This document shows, piece by piece, positions 51,094-60,825 of a stretch of DNA of 64,000 nucleotides. The notes under the pieces were generated by a model that was given only the letters and a program-made list of their open reading frames with translations, was not told the origin of the DNA and did not search any database. The DNA lies in IMG/VR virus record IMGVR_UViG_3300031998_000028, positions 32,001 through 96,000 of that record, one strand, 5' to 3'. This stretch comes from a virus. Its lineage: Duplodnaviria > Caudoviricetes. The stretch's first letter is position 1; each line of letters starts with the position of its first letter. The position numbers and the translations under genes are program-made.

Positions 51094-51789
51094 ATGTCCA
51101 CAACTGTTGAAAAGATTATTGGTCAGCAGAGTATTCTTAACTGCATGAAGTATGTCCAGACAATAGTTGATATATGGATGAAAGATAACGACATTGGGCG
51201 TTGGGAAGACATTGTAGCCCCCAACGAATTTAATGTCGTTGATGCTGATTACAATTTTGAAGTGCGCACTGGTGCTACTAAAATTGTATTGGTTCTGCAC
51301 GACATGCCTTATGTCATTAAAATTCCTTTTATTGGTGAAGAGTCTTGGAACGATGAAGGTTTCCACTACTTTGATGGTGGTGACTATGACAATGAAGAAT
51401 ATGATTATTGTGCACACGAAGCTTATCTTTATGACCAAGCTAAGATTTTTGGGTGCGATCAGTTCTTTGTGCCCACGATGCATTTGATTATGGTCGAGAA
51501 TATTCCTGTGTATATTCAGACGAAGATTGATTATATCTACCGTCGAGCTACTCCTTCCAATGAGGATACTTATCGTTATGCTTCGATTAAGAACTCTGAT
51601 GTTCTTATCCCCGAAGTGGGCGCGCGGCTTTTGGAGTACTATTCCATGAGTGAAGTCGCCTTGTTTCTGGCTTTTATTAAAGCCTTTGATGTAAATGACC
51701 TTGAAGCTTCGCGCAATGGCGAGTATGTTGAAGCCTTTGGCCGTTATGTCTTTTGGGATTATAGCGGCTACAAAGAATATGAATGGTGA
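51094..51789 (+). CDS. Protein-kinase-like fold protein (tentative)
   Basis: GATKIV..VIKIP..E..DL...N...DYSG; own promoter. Confidence 0.55.
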   Translation: MSTTVEKIIGQQSILNCMKYVQTIVDIWMKDNDIGRWEDIVAPNEFNVVDADYNFEVRTGATKIVLVLHDMPYVIKIPFIGEESWNDEGFHYFDGGDYDNEEYDYCAHEAYLYDQAKIFGCDQFFVPTMHLIMVENIPVYIQTKIDYIYRRATPSNEDTYRYASIKNSDVLIPEVGARLLEYYSMSEVALFLAFIKAFDVNDLEASRNGEYVEAFGRYVFWDYSGYKEYEW

Positions 51790-51804
51790 AAGGAACTGAA
51801 AAAA

Positions 51805-52182
51805 ATGAGACAAACTTCTAAGTATTCCAAAGAGTTTACGAATGAGATGACTGGCCGCATTGCCGTCATTCTCGCCGATGAGCAGGCCGCCCTCAACATT
51901 CAGCAGATTCAGATGCGTGACCCGAACCTTGTGGGTATTACCTCTCAGAAAATGGCACGCATGATTAACCATCTGGTTGAGATGGGCTTTGTTGCAAAAG
52001 CAAAAGGTAAGGACGGCCGCATGGTTTACAAGTGCTTGGCTGTAATGGAGGCTGAAGGCGTAGATGTAGAGAAATATCGCTATGGCGCAAATATGCAGGA
52101 TAAGCCGAGCGATTTTCAGAAGAGGTATATGGCAGAACATCCGGATTATCATAAGTTAATCTATGGGGAGGAAGAAAAATGA
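51805..52182 (+). CDS. Winged-helix DNA-binding protein
   Basis: ITSQKMARMINHLVEMGFV.K...GRMVY pattern. Confidence 0.6.
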   Translation: MRQTSKYSKEFTNEMTGRIAVILADEQAALNIQQIQMRDPNLVGITSQKMARMINHLVEMGFVAKAKGKDGRMVYKCLAVMEAEGVDVEKYRYGANMQDKPSDFQKRYMAEHPDYHKLIYGEEEK

Positions 52183-52739
52183 TAAGCAAGATACTCCTGA
52201 TAGTAGGCTTGTTAATGTTCGGTTTTGCTGTTTGGGGGATGGTAGCTGATATTGGATATGATACAACGCCATGGGCGCAAGTAAGACGTGGATGCTCACA
52301 TTATACAGATGCATATCGACAAGGTTTAGCTTGTATTACTTTTGATTTTTTTATATCTCTTTATCAAGTAAATCCCGATAGATGGGAACTTGAACATCCA
52401 TCATGGGGTTATATTCGATATAAAGGCGAAAGGTCTATTTGGTATAATAGAGTCTATTGGAAAACAAAAGAAGATATAAAACAATATAAAAAATGGTATA
52501 AAGAAGAACTCATGCGTCAATCTGAACAAAAATCTGCTGAAAAAATTAAGGAAATATCTGAGATCGGTCTGAAAGATATAGAAGCTTTAAAAAATAAAAT
52601 AAATCAAAATGCTCAATCTGAATTCGAGCGCATAGATAAAGAAAGAGAGAGCAACAAAAGTTTTTATTATCAAGTAATGACTTCTAATGGATATACATTA
52701 ACCGAAGAAGGGTTGTGGGTTAAAAATGAAAGTCTGTAA
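52179..52739 (+). CDS. Membrane-anchored hypothetical protein
   Basis: N-terminal TM segment; 186 aa. Confidence 0.6.
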   Translation: MISKILLIVGLLMFGFAVWGMVADIGYDTTPWAQVRRGCSHYTDAYRQGLACITFDFFISLYQVNPDRWELEHPSWGYIRYKGERSIWYNRVYWKTKEDIKQYKKWYKEELMRQSEQKSAEKIKEISEIGLKDIEALKNKINQNAQSEFERIDKERESNKSFYYQVMTSNGYTLTEEGLWVKNESL

Positions 52740-52947
52740 GTGTGATAGATGTGGCAAAATCTTTGAGCCATCTTTTAATAGTGACGCAGGTGACTTTTAT
52801 AGCCGTGTCATTCAAATTGGTGATGAAAATTTTAATCTGTGTGACACCGTAACTGAAATAATCGCTTCGTATGATATATGCGAGGATTGTTACAAGGACT
52901 TTGTTCGCTGGCTTGGCCGCGATAAGATAAGGACGGGAGAAAAATGA
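52726..52947 (+). CDS. Small Zn-binding protein
   Basis: CDRC..DICEDC; resembles 7664-7924. Confidence 0.6.
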   Translation: MKVCKCDRCGKIFEPSFNSDAGDFYSRVIQIGDENFNLCDTVTEIIASYDICEDCYKDFVRWLGRDKIRTGEK

Positions 52948-53234
52948 AAAGACTTTTTGTATATGAAATTCGAAAAAAAATAGATGAATTTAATTCGAAG
53001 TTTTATGCATACGTTATATTTGATTCTATAAAGCGAGAGCTGGTTGGAATTTCATATAACTCTAATGTATATATAGCTCGCGCGCGGTGTAAACAAATAT
53101 TAAACACATTAATTGTATCCGAAGACACCTCACCAATCGTAGTCTGGCGTAGTTGGCCACTTAGTCTTTGGGAAAAAGAAATTACAGATGAAAGTATCTG
53201 TAAAAGAATTATGACGAGGGAGATAGTAATATGA
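52944..53234 (+). CDS. Hypothetical protein
   Basis: ATGA overlap with the upstream gene. Confidence 0.55.
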   Translation: MKRLFVYEIRKKIDEFNSKFYAYVIFDSIKRELVGISYNSNVYIARARCKQILNTLIVSEDTSPIVVWRSWPLSLWEKEITDESICKRIMTREIVI

Positions 53235-53507
53235 TATATATAATTATAGCTATTTTAATAGTTGGAGATTTATGGCTATATCTACACGGCGGCCGCCCTG
53301 AACATTCAATTTGGTGTGATGAAACTATCAGGTGGATGAAATGAGTAAAGAAGAATTTGAAAAATGGTTGGAATGGGCTTGGTCACAGAAAGAACCAAAT
53401 GAGCCTTCGCCTTTCTGTCCGTTTGAATTTTTCGGATATTGCGACCAAGCGTATACTGAGAAATGTTGGGAGTGTGAAGATGGCCCCAATGCACGAAAGG
53501 AGTAATA

Positions 53508-53924
53508 ATGAAGGAAATAAATTTTAGGTGGAAGACTTCGCAAAAACCAAAAGTCCACCAGCGCGCGGTGAATCGTGTGATGCGCGCAATCAATGAGAAC
53601 ATCTATAATGACGACCTTTGGATGGGTAGGTTCTTTGTAAGGCAGTATGCGCGCGAGGTTGTTATGTGTGATGGAGAACTCCATATGGCGGTTGAGCTTC
53701 GATTTTACGACCATAAAACAAAATACTATTCTTCTGAGTGGTTGACGTCCAATGAAATAATCGTTTTTGGCGGCTCTAAGATTTGGAGCTTAATGAATGA
53801 TTTTATCGTTAAGGATTTGGATGTTTGGCGCACGGAAAATGTAATGGAAGAAAAGCAGGACTGGCGCGCGGCTTCAACGGAGAAGACAATAAGAGAAGCT
53901 ACCTCGCTTTGGAAGAGAGTATAA
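53508..53924 (+). CDS. Hypothetical protein
   Basis: AAGGAG RBS; terminator hairpin at 53928-53968. Confidence 0.65.
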   Translation: MKEINFRWKTSQKPKVHQRAVNRVMRAINENIYNDDLWMGRFFVRQYAREVVMCDGELHMAVELRFYDHKTKYYSSEWLTSNEIIVFGGSKIWSLMNDFIVKDLDVWRTENVMEEKQDWRAASTEKTIREATSLWKRV

Positions 53925-54035
53925 TAAAGCCCCGCACGGCGTATTACAAAGCCTTGTGGGGCGTTTTATTAGATTGTTCTTAACTATGTCGCCAACTTTT
54001 AAGAATGTATTTGTGCAAAGGAAAATGAATGGTGA

Positions 54036-54440
54036 TTATCCTAAGGAATCGGGATACGCCAAATTTATAAATTCAAAAGTCCCGTCTGCCAAATATTTAA
54101 CTTGCTACTCTACGATGCTGTTACTACTTGTGAGCGGAATCCCCGTAAACGTTATGCTTGTTTCGCTATTATACTTTTTTGCAAAATAGTATGTCCCCAT
54201 CCCCTCTTGCATAGCTACTTTTATTTGAACAATTTTATTCTGCTCAAGTGCTTCTATTGCTTCGGTAAAAGTTTTGTCTGCTACGGGGTTTCCTGTATCC
54301 GGGTCAGGAGAAATCACTATAAGGCAAATCCCGTCAGAACCGCCACCGGTATTAAATTCATCTAACATATCACTTAGCACCATCCTATTTGTATTTTCTG
54401 GTGTATCCATCACATAGTTGAGGATTTCTTCTTTAGTCAT
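54036..54440 (-). CDS. MTKEEILNY-family protein, copy 2; code 15
   Basis: Paralog of 54501-54890; extends past TAG 54105 to TAA 54036. Confidence 0.68.
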
Positions 54441-54500
54441 CTTTTTTACTCCTTTTTAATTTATTTATTACTTTAGCTTCTTATGCTTTTTGAACGATTA

Positions 54501-54890
54501 TTAAAGAAGCGGGTCAGGTCCCAGGGTTCCTTCTGTATAGCTTGGATAATCGTCAAGAGTTGCAGCTGTGAACATATTGCCACTTACGTAGAACATATAT
54601 CCACTGTCATCCAGCGCCGTCCCATATTCATCGAGTTCCGTATAAAATGACACAGCATATTTATCAACTATTCCAGTTTCAAGAACATAAACAAGTGGCA
54701 TGGCGTCAATGATTTCCCTAGCGGTTTTATCCGTTGTATAAGTGTCCCCATCTTTTTCGATGTTGATGATAAGTGCATTGGCTCCATTACTGCTACTAGT
54801 ATTAAATTCGTCTAGCATATCGCTTAACACCGCCCTATTAGTATTTTCGGGTGTATCCATTACGTAATTAAGGATTTCCTCTTTCGTCAT
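54501..54890 (-). CDS. MTKEEILNY-family protein, copy 1
   Basis: First ~31 aa nearly identical to the neighbour; divergent C-terminus. Confidence 0.7.
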   Translation of the reverse strand: MTKEEILNYVMDTPENTNRAVLSDMLDEFNTSSSNGANALIINIEKDGDTYTTDKTAREIIDAMPLVYVLETGIVDKYAVSFYTELDEYGTALDDSGYMFYVSGNMFTAATLDDYPSYTEGTLGPDPLL

Positions 54891-54995
54891 TTTTTATCAC
54901 CTTCAAATCTAAGTAGGATTTCCTATAAGAAAATTGACTTTTTTGAAAAATTATGGTATAATATATATAGAAAATAGGAAAGGAATGAAATAACC

Positions 54996-55304
54996 ATGTT
55001 TCTGTGGGTTGATGACCTTCGCAAGCCGCCCTCTGATAAGTACATTTGGGTTCAGTCTACCTTCCAGGCGATTGGCAGTATCACTGACTGCCGTAAGCAT
55101 CGGCCGACAGAGCAGATTGTGATTGACCTTGACCACGACAGTGGTGACTTTTACCAGTATGGTGGTGACTATATCAAAATCCTGGATTGGATGGAAGAGC
55201 AGGGTATTGATGATATTGCTATTCATCTGCATACGATGAACCCTGTCGGACGTGAGAATATGCGGCGTATCATTCAGCACAACGGTTGGAAGCAGATTTA
55301 CTAA
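54996..55304 (+). CDS. Cyclic-phosphate-processing receiver-like (cREC) domain protein
   Basis: LWVDD.R..P, IDLDHD.G and IHLHT.NPVG..M motifs. Confidence 0.72.
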   Translation: MFLWVDDLRKPPSDKYIWVQSTFQAIGSITDCRKHRPTEQIVIDLDHDSGDFYQYGGDYIKILDWMEEQGIDDIAIHLHTMNPVGRENMRRIIQHNGWKQIY

Positions 55305-55318
55305 GGAGGTTATCTCAA

Positions 55319-55480
55319 ATGAGCAACTATGAATTTTTAAAAACTTTAACTAATGTAGTTTATTTGCATAGCCCCGTGTGGTATGATAATGATACCTTTT
55401 CTGTTGACGTTGATGATGCTGAAGGATGGAATACTACTACGGTATTCTTTGATAAAGATGGCAATGTTAAGGAGGTCTAA
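55319..55480 (+). CDS. Small hypothetical protein
   Basis: AGGAGG RBS. Confidence 0.55.
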   Translation: MSNYEFLKTLTNVVYLHSPVWYDNDTFSVDVDDAEGWNTTTVFFDKDGNVKEV

Positions 55481-55481
55481 A

Positions 55482-55694
55482 ATGCAGAACGAGTTCTATA
55501 TGGTCGAGTTCGACTGGGGCGAGCAGCATTACTTCAAGGATAAAGATAAGGCTTTTGCTTTTCTGTGGCAGTCGTATCTTAACGATAGTGCTTATAATAA
55601 CGATGAAGAGATGGAGGCAGATCGCAACTCTCTTAATGAAAACTACTACATTGATGGTTATGGTTCTGTTAATGTAAGGGGGTTTGAGGACTAA
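55482..55694 (+). CDS. Small acidic hypothetical protein
   Basis: AGGAGG RBS. Confidence 0.6.
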   Translation: MQNEFYMVEFDWGEQHYFKDKDKAFAFLWQSYLNDSAYNNDEEMEADRNSLNENYYIDGYGSVNVRGFED

Positions 55695-55915
55695 TGAAAA
55701 TTCGTTTTTATGGCGGCCGCGTCGGATTCGGAATAGAGTGGGAGGAAGAGTTTGTCTTTGATTCTGACTCCACCGAGGATGACATTGAAAACGTTGGCGA
55801 AGGATGCTCTGCTGACTTTATGGACTATATCCTGACCGATGCTGAAGATAAGTTTGACTTTTGGTATGAGTGGGAACTCATGGAAGGAGAATGGAATGTA
55901 CCCGACACTTTGTAA
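55694..55915 (+). CDS. Small, very acidic hypothetical protein
   Basis: TAATG overlap; D/E-rich. Confidence 0.55.
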   Translation: MKIRFYGGRVGFGIEWEEEFVFDSDSTEDDIENVGEGCSADFMDYILTDAEDKFDFWYEWELMEGEWNVPDTL

Positions 55916-56108
55916 AGTAGAATATTGGGACGAGAATCAGACGAAAATTGATAATTGTCTGATTTATGCCGATTCTTTTGTTGATACCGCGCAGAAAATC
56001 GAAGATTATTATGGAAAAGAAATTGAAAGTCTTTCCATTCAAATATTTGATATTGGTGTGTGGCGTGTAGATGATGCCACGGCCGCGCGTATAGTGGAGG
56101 GTCTCTAA
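55896..56108 (+). CDS. Small hypothetical protein
   Basis: AAGGAG RBS. Confidence 0.55.
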   Translation: MYPTLCKVEYWDENQTKIDNCLIYADSFVDTAQKIEDYYGKEIESLSIQIFDIGVWRVDDATAARIVEGL

Positions 56109-56596
56109 TGTGGTTTGTATCTCCTAGCTTCAAAGATAAGCCTTGGCTTTGTGAGCCGTATGAAAAAGACGGTAAAATGTACGTTAAAATCCAGGGCGCA
56201 AAAGCTCCTCGTGAGATTCGTGTGTATGACGAATGGCAATCCAACTGGCCGGCCGAATTGCGTCCACGCGTAGAACGAAAGTTTGATAGATTCTTAGCTT
56301 TTAACTATCCTGATGGGCGTTATGCCTATATTGTGGGAATAGAGGAAGTTGAAGGTTACGAGGGCTTTTGGAAGTATAAAAAAATTCCAGCAAAAAGCTA
56401 TAGCTGGAACGACAATATCGTTTTGAGTCCTCTCTTTGGATATGTTGGACGTTTAGGGCGGCCGCCCATTATGGAGTTGGAGCCGGAATTTGTGGACGCG
56501 CGCACTGTGCGGGTAGAAAATGGCTTTAAGCGTCTGGTTACAGATGAATGGTATCAAAATGAACTCAAGAGGTTAGAGAAATGCGTATCGGAGTAA
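56108..56596 (+). CDS. Hypothetical protein
   Basis: TAATG overlap; 162 aa. Confidence 0.65.
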   Translation: MWFVSPSFKDKPWLCEPYEKDGKMYVKIQGAKAPREIRVYDEWQSNWPAELRPRVERKFDRFLAFNYPDGRYAYIVGIEEVEGYEGFWKYKKIPAKSYSWNDNIVLSPLFGYVGRLGRPPIMELEPEFVDARTVRVENGFKRLVTDEWYQNELKRLEKCVSE

Positions 56597-56804
56597 TTTT
56601 TGTAGAGATTATTTTTCTTCTTTGGTGGATGGGAGGCGCGCCATGAAAGTAGTAGATGCAGAAAAACTTATAAAAGCGATTAGGAGCGGAGATTTCTGTA
56701 AAAAAGGAGAACTCCATCGGCTTATCCTTCAGCTGGCAGTAGATATTCCAGAAATTTCTGTAGAAAAGCTCGAAGGCTTTCTGCCAGATGATAAATAGTT
56801 AGAT

Positions 56805-57005
56805 ATGACAAATGTGTGGTATTCTGACCCAACTCTTGTGTGGTTTTTTGATTCTAAAAATACGAAAAAGCGCGGCTTGGTCTTCCATGAATATCTCATA
56901 GATTTAACGACCGGCCGCGCCTATACGTGTCAAGAAATTTTGAGACGCGCGCAGAATATGGGAATAGATTTGGACGATGCAATTATTGAGCGAAAATGGG
57001 AGTGA
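56805..57005 (+). CDS. Small hypothetical protein
   Basis: 66-aa ORF at the end of the operon. Confidence 0.5.
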   Translation: MTNVWYSDPTLVWFFDSKNTKKRGLVFHEYLIDLTTGRAYTCQEILRRAQNMGIDLDDAIIERKWE

Positions 57006-57841
57006 AGTTTTCCATAATTTTATGACACGGCCGCGACTCAATGGATTTTCTGAAAATTTTAGGACGTCATAATTTTCCTCAAAAATTTATAATTGCCTCA
57101 CATAAAGTTTACATTTAAGTGTAAACGTAAGAAATAATCTATTTTTATATATAGGCTCTTCCTTTAAAAAACCGTTGGTTGCAGCGGAAGAGACCCGCGA
57201 TAGCGGGGCTCGGAGCGGTCCTAGCGGACGCGGAGCGTCCAGCGCAGGAGCATCGAGTACGGAAAGACGTATACGTATATATATACTATATACGTATACG
57301 TTTTATTTATACGTATTACGGATACGAGGAGAGAGCAAGAAAGGGAGTGGGGAGAGGGTTAGGTAGGGGAGTTTAGGTGGTGTGGTTTGGTTATACGTTG
57401 AGGTTGTACGTATAATATATCTGTCTGGTATTGGTGTACGTAGAAATTGTCCGGAAAAGCTTTTACGTACAATAGGGGTTCGATTTGGTCGGTTGCATCG
57501 GGATACCCTATCCGACGTGATTTTGGGAGTTATTAGTAGGTAAGGGGTGAGTTTAGGTCCCTGGCCACAAATTTTCCAGCTTTTCAAATTTTGCAAAATT
57601 TTAAATTTTATGATATAATTAATATAGAAAATGAGGGAAGAAACCAGTTTCGCTAAAAAATCAAAAATTTTTCCCGAAAATCTGACCTTTAAAATTTGAA
57701 AAATCCTAAAATCTATGTTATAATATATATAGAAAGTAAGGGAAGAGAAAATTTAAAACGCGAGGCTCGCCGTCGCTAAGAGCCTTAAGAATCTGGCGAC
57801 ATGATTAATGGGTAGCGACCGACACTAGAAAGGCAAAACCT

Positions 57842-58216
57842 ATGACCATTCGTGAGATGTATGTTGAGATCCTGAACGTCCTGAACGAGAACGAGACCAG
57901 CGTGAGCCGCGAGGACCTGATCCAGATGGTGGAGGCCCGGCTCGAGAAGCATGACGCGCAGAACGAGAAGCGTAAGAACGCCGAGCGTAAGCCCTCTGCG
58001 AAGCAGCTGGCCGCTAAGGAGTACGACGCTAAGCTGATGGAGGCTCTGGCTGAACAGCTGACCGACGAGTTCCAGCCTCGTACCGTGTTCGCTGAGGCCT
58101 TGGATATCACTCCCTCTAAGGCGTCCACCCTGCTGAATAAGATGGACGGCGTCGAGAAGGGCGAGGTTAAGGGCGAGAAGGGTAAGCAGGTGGGTTACCG
58201 CCGCGCCCAGGCCTGA
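57842..58216 (+). CDS. MTxRE-family coiled-coil + winged-helix protein, paralog 1
   Basis: MTIREMY..KHDAQNEKRK..HTH-like C-terminus; GC-rich codons. Confidence 0.75.
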   Translation: MTIREMYVEILNVLNENETSVSREDLIQMVEARLEKHDAQNEKRKNAERKPSAKQLAAKEYDAKLMEALAEQLTDEFQPRTVFAEALDITPSKASTLLNKMDGVEKGEVKGEKGKQVGYRRAQA

Positions 58217-58488
58217 GATTTTCGGAAAAACCCAAACGAGGAGCTTTGCAGCTCCTCGTATTTTTATAAAATTTTTTGAAAATTTGACAAATTTTTGTCA
58301 AATTTCGGAACGATTTTGCAGAAAAACTTGCGCAGCTGCGGTTAAAATTTGACTTTTTCGGAAATTTATGGTATAATATAATGGGAAAGTATAAATATAT
58401 ATATAATTTTGTAGAAAACCGCTGGTAATATTTTCCAAAAATTTACCGTAATAATATTATGTAAACCAATTGTATAAAAAAAGAGCGA

Positions 58489-58803
58489 TTACTCGCTCTT
58501 TTTCGCCTTAGCTTTCTCAGCCTTTGCAGCTGCCTTTGCCTTGCGCTCGGCGGCCGCATCCAGCTTCAGCTGGTACTCCTGCGCGAGGGCGTAGCCATCG
58601 GTGCCGTTCTCCTCGCTGGCTTCCTTGGGGATGATAACGCTGAACTTGATCCAGCGATCCTCACCCTCAGCGTCCACGGCGGGAATCATGAGGGAGCCGG
58701 TGGCAACCTTGCAGACGTCGCAGTCGTACTTCTGGGCAAGGAATTCGGCGAGGTCGGCGGTGAACTGGGCGCGCAGAGCGTCGGTAACGGATTTCTGAGT
58801 CAT
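58489..58803 (-). CDS. Hypothetical protein with K/A-rich tail, paralog A
   Basis: Similar to 61256-61552 (GEE/D.W/FV...V.xPK; K/A tail). Confidence 0.72.
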   Translation of the reverse strand: MTQKSVTDALRAQFTADLAEFLAQKYDCDVCKVATGSLMIPAVDAEGEDRWIKFSVIIPKEASEENGTDGYALAQEYQLKLDAAAERKAKAAAKAEKAKAKKSE

Positions 58804-59058
58804 GTCAAATTTCCCCTTTCTTAATTTCTATATATATTATATCATAAATTTTAAATTTTGTCAAGAGTTTTTCGTATGGCAAAATTCACAAAATTTTTAG
58901 ATTTTTCACAGCTTTTTTTGTGTAATTTTTAGTTTACATAATATTATATTATGTAAACCTATACGGTTGCAGCTTCAGTTTACCATAATAATATTATGTA
59001 AACCTGGGCGGTTACAAAAACGTCCCGCTCCAGATGGAGCGGGACGGAGAAACGGAAC

Positions 59059-59433
59059 TCAGGCTCCGATCACATAAGTGACCTTGGAGTGCTTGGAGTC
59101 CACCTTGCGGGTGCCCTTGGTCACGATGCCGGCGGACACGTGAACCCGCATAGCGGAGGCGACCTGAGGAGCGGTCAGGCCGGTGAACTCGGCGATCTCG
59201 TCGGCGGTGAACTCCCCGTCGGTGCCGGTGATGAACTCCGCAATCACGTTCTTGCGGGCTTCCACCGCGGGGTCAGCCTTGCGGGGCTTGGAGCGGGCCT
59301 TCTCATTGCGGGCGTCCAACTTGGCGATGAGGCTCTCGAAGCCCTCGCGCAGTTCGCCCTCGGTCAACCCGTAGGGCAGAGCCTCGCCGTCGATGTGAGC
59401 AATAACAGCCTTGTACAGTTCACGAGTAGTCAT
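59059..59433 (-). CDS. MTxRE-family winged-helix protein, paralog 2
   Basis: MTTRELY..KLDARNEK..FTADEIAEFTGLTAPQV. Confidence 0.75.
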   Translation of the reverse strand: MTTRELYKAVIAHIDGEALPYGLTEGELREGFESLIAKLDARNEKARSKPRKADPAVEARKNVIAEFITGTDGEFTADEIAEFTGLTAPQVASAMRVHVSAGIVTKGTRKVDSKHSKVTYVIGA

Positions 59434-59893
59434 TTTGTATTCCTTTCTGCGCTGTGCGCTACGACGTCGGTCGTCACCCTATTATGTGAAGTTCGGGATT
59501 TTTTCTTTATCTCTCCCTCACTTTCTATATATATTATAGCATAAATTTTAAAGAATTTCAAAATTTGACAGCTTATAAATTTTTATTCCCAGCTCCCAGC
59601 TTTCCAGCTGCTGCGTCGCAGCTGCCAATTCGCAGCTCCCAGCTGCGCAGCTTCCTGGTAAAATTTTCCAGGTGCGCGGCGTTGACATAACGCAATATTA
59701 TGTAAACCACGAGCTTGAGTTAGCCATCGCTAACCGAAGTTGACATAACACGGGATTATGTAAACCGCCGGCCGGGACAGAACTTCATCACTTTACATTA
59801 CTAAAGTCTTGCCCGGGCATGGACTTTCACGATTTAAATCGCTAAAGTGAGATTGCAAAAAAAGAGGTCGACGTTATGTCGACCTCGGTACGC

Positions 59894-60247
59894 TTACCTC
59901 TCAATGGGGTAAGTGTACACGACCTTGCGGGTCTTGCCCACCTTGGTCTCGGCACGAGTGATAGTGCCGTCAACCACAATCGGCTTGCACGCGGCAGTCA
60001 CCTGCCCAACGGACAGACCAGTCGCGGACGCGATATCGTCACGCGTGAACGGCTGACCGATGTGGTCGCACAGGAAGTCGAGCACGCTCTGCACGCGCTC
60101 GCGCACCTCGCGCTTCTCCTTGGAGTCGGCGCTCTTGCGCTTGGCATTGGACTCGTCCAACTTGGCGAGCAGTTCGGTCGCCTTGGCGGTGATGTCCTCG
60201 GACACCTCGGCGCTGATGATGGACTGGTAGAACTCGCGGTTAGTCAT
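59894..60247 (-). CDS. MTxRE-family winged-helix protein, paralog 3
   Basis: MTNREFY..KLDESNAKRK..FTRDDIASATGLSVGQV. Confidence 0.75.
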   Translation of the reverse strand: MTNREFYQSIISAEVSEDITAKATELLAKLDESNAKRKSADSKEKREVRERVQSVLDFLCDHIGQPFTRDDIASATGLSVGQVTAACKPIVVDGTITRAETKVGKTRKVVYTYPIER

Positions 60248-60515
60248 AACTAACTCCTTTCATTTGTCGGCGGATTATGGTCGCCACCCTATTTAGTGGG
60301 GACTTTCGTCTCTCTCACTTTCTGTATTTATTATAACATGAATTTCAGAGAAAGTCAAGTTACAATTTGGTTACAAGTGGGGATTTTCGGCTCCTTTTTC
60401 CTTCCCCTTTCTGATTATAGAATACCACAAAGAGAGTCCAATAAAAAGACCTTTCACGCTTTAAATCGCTAAAGCGCGGCCCGGGTGGGAACTTCATCAC
60501 ACTAAAGTGATGAAG

Positions 60516-60707
60516 TCATTTTCTTTTTCGTTTAGTGGGATAGATTTCTTTGGCTTCATAAATGTCAAATTCAACCAAACCAAAATCAAATTCGACATAT
60601 CTATCACCTTTTTTGGCGTAACGCTTGGCGGCTTCAAGAGTGGGAAAAATTCCGATTACCTGTGTATCCGCACCAAAGCCATCAATCCATGTCAAAAGAG
60701 CAATCAT
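60516..60707 (-). CDS. Small hypothetical protein
   Basis: GAGGAG RBS. Confidence 0.55.
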   Translation of the reverse strand: MIALLTWIDGFGADTQVIGIFPTLEAAKRYAKKGDRYVEFDFGLVEFDIYEAKEIYPTKRKRK

Positions 60708-60825
60708 TTTTATTCTCCTCTCTTAAACTGCGCGCGACTATAGGAACCTTTGCCCTTTTTCGCGGGGACTTTGCCGCCACGCTTGCGGAAATGCAGATAC
60801 ATCTGCAGTTCTTCGCTCGTCTTTT

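Noticed and set aside
51064-52152. 362-aa minus-strand ORF (and similar antisense ORFs such as 47390-48085 and 61954-62535)
   Set aside because: Shadows of well-supported opposite-strand genes with biased codons; no RBS or motifs.
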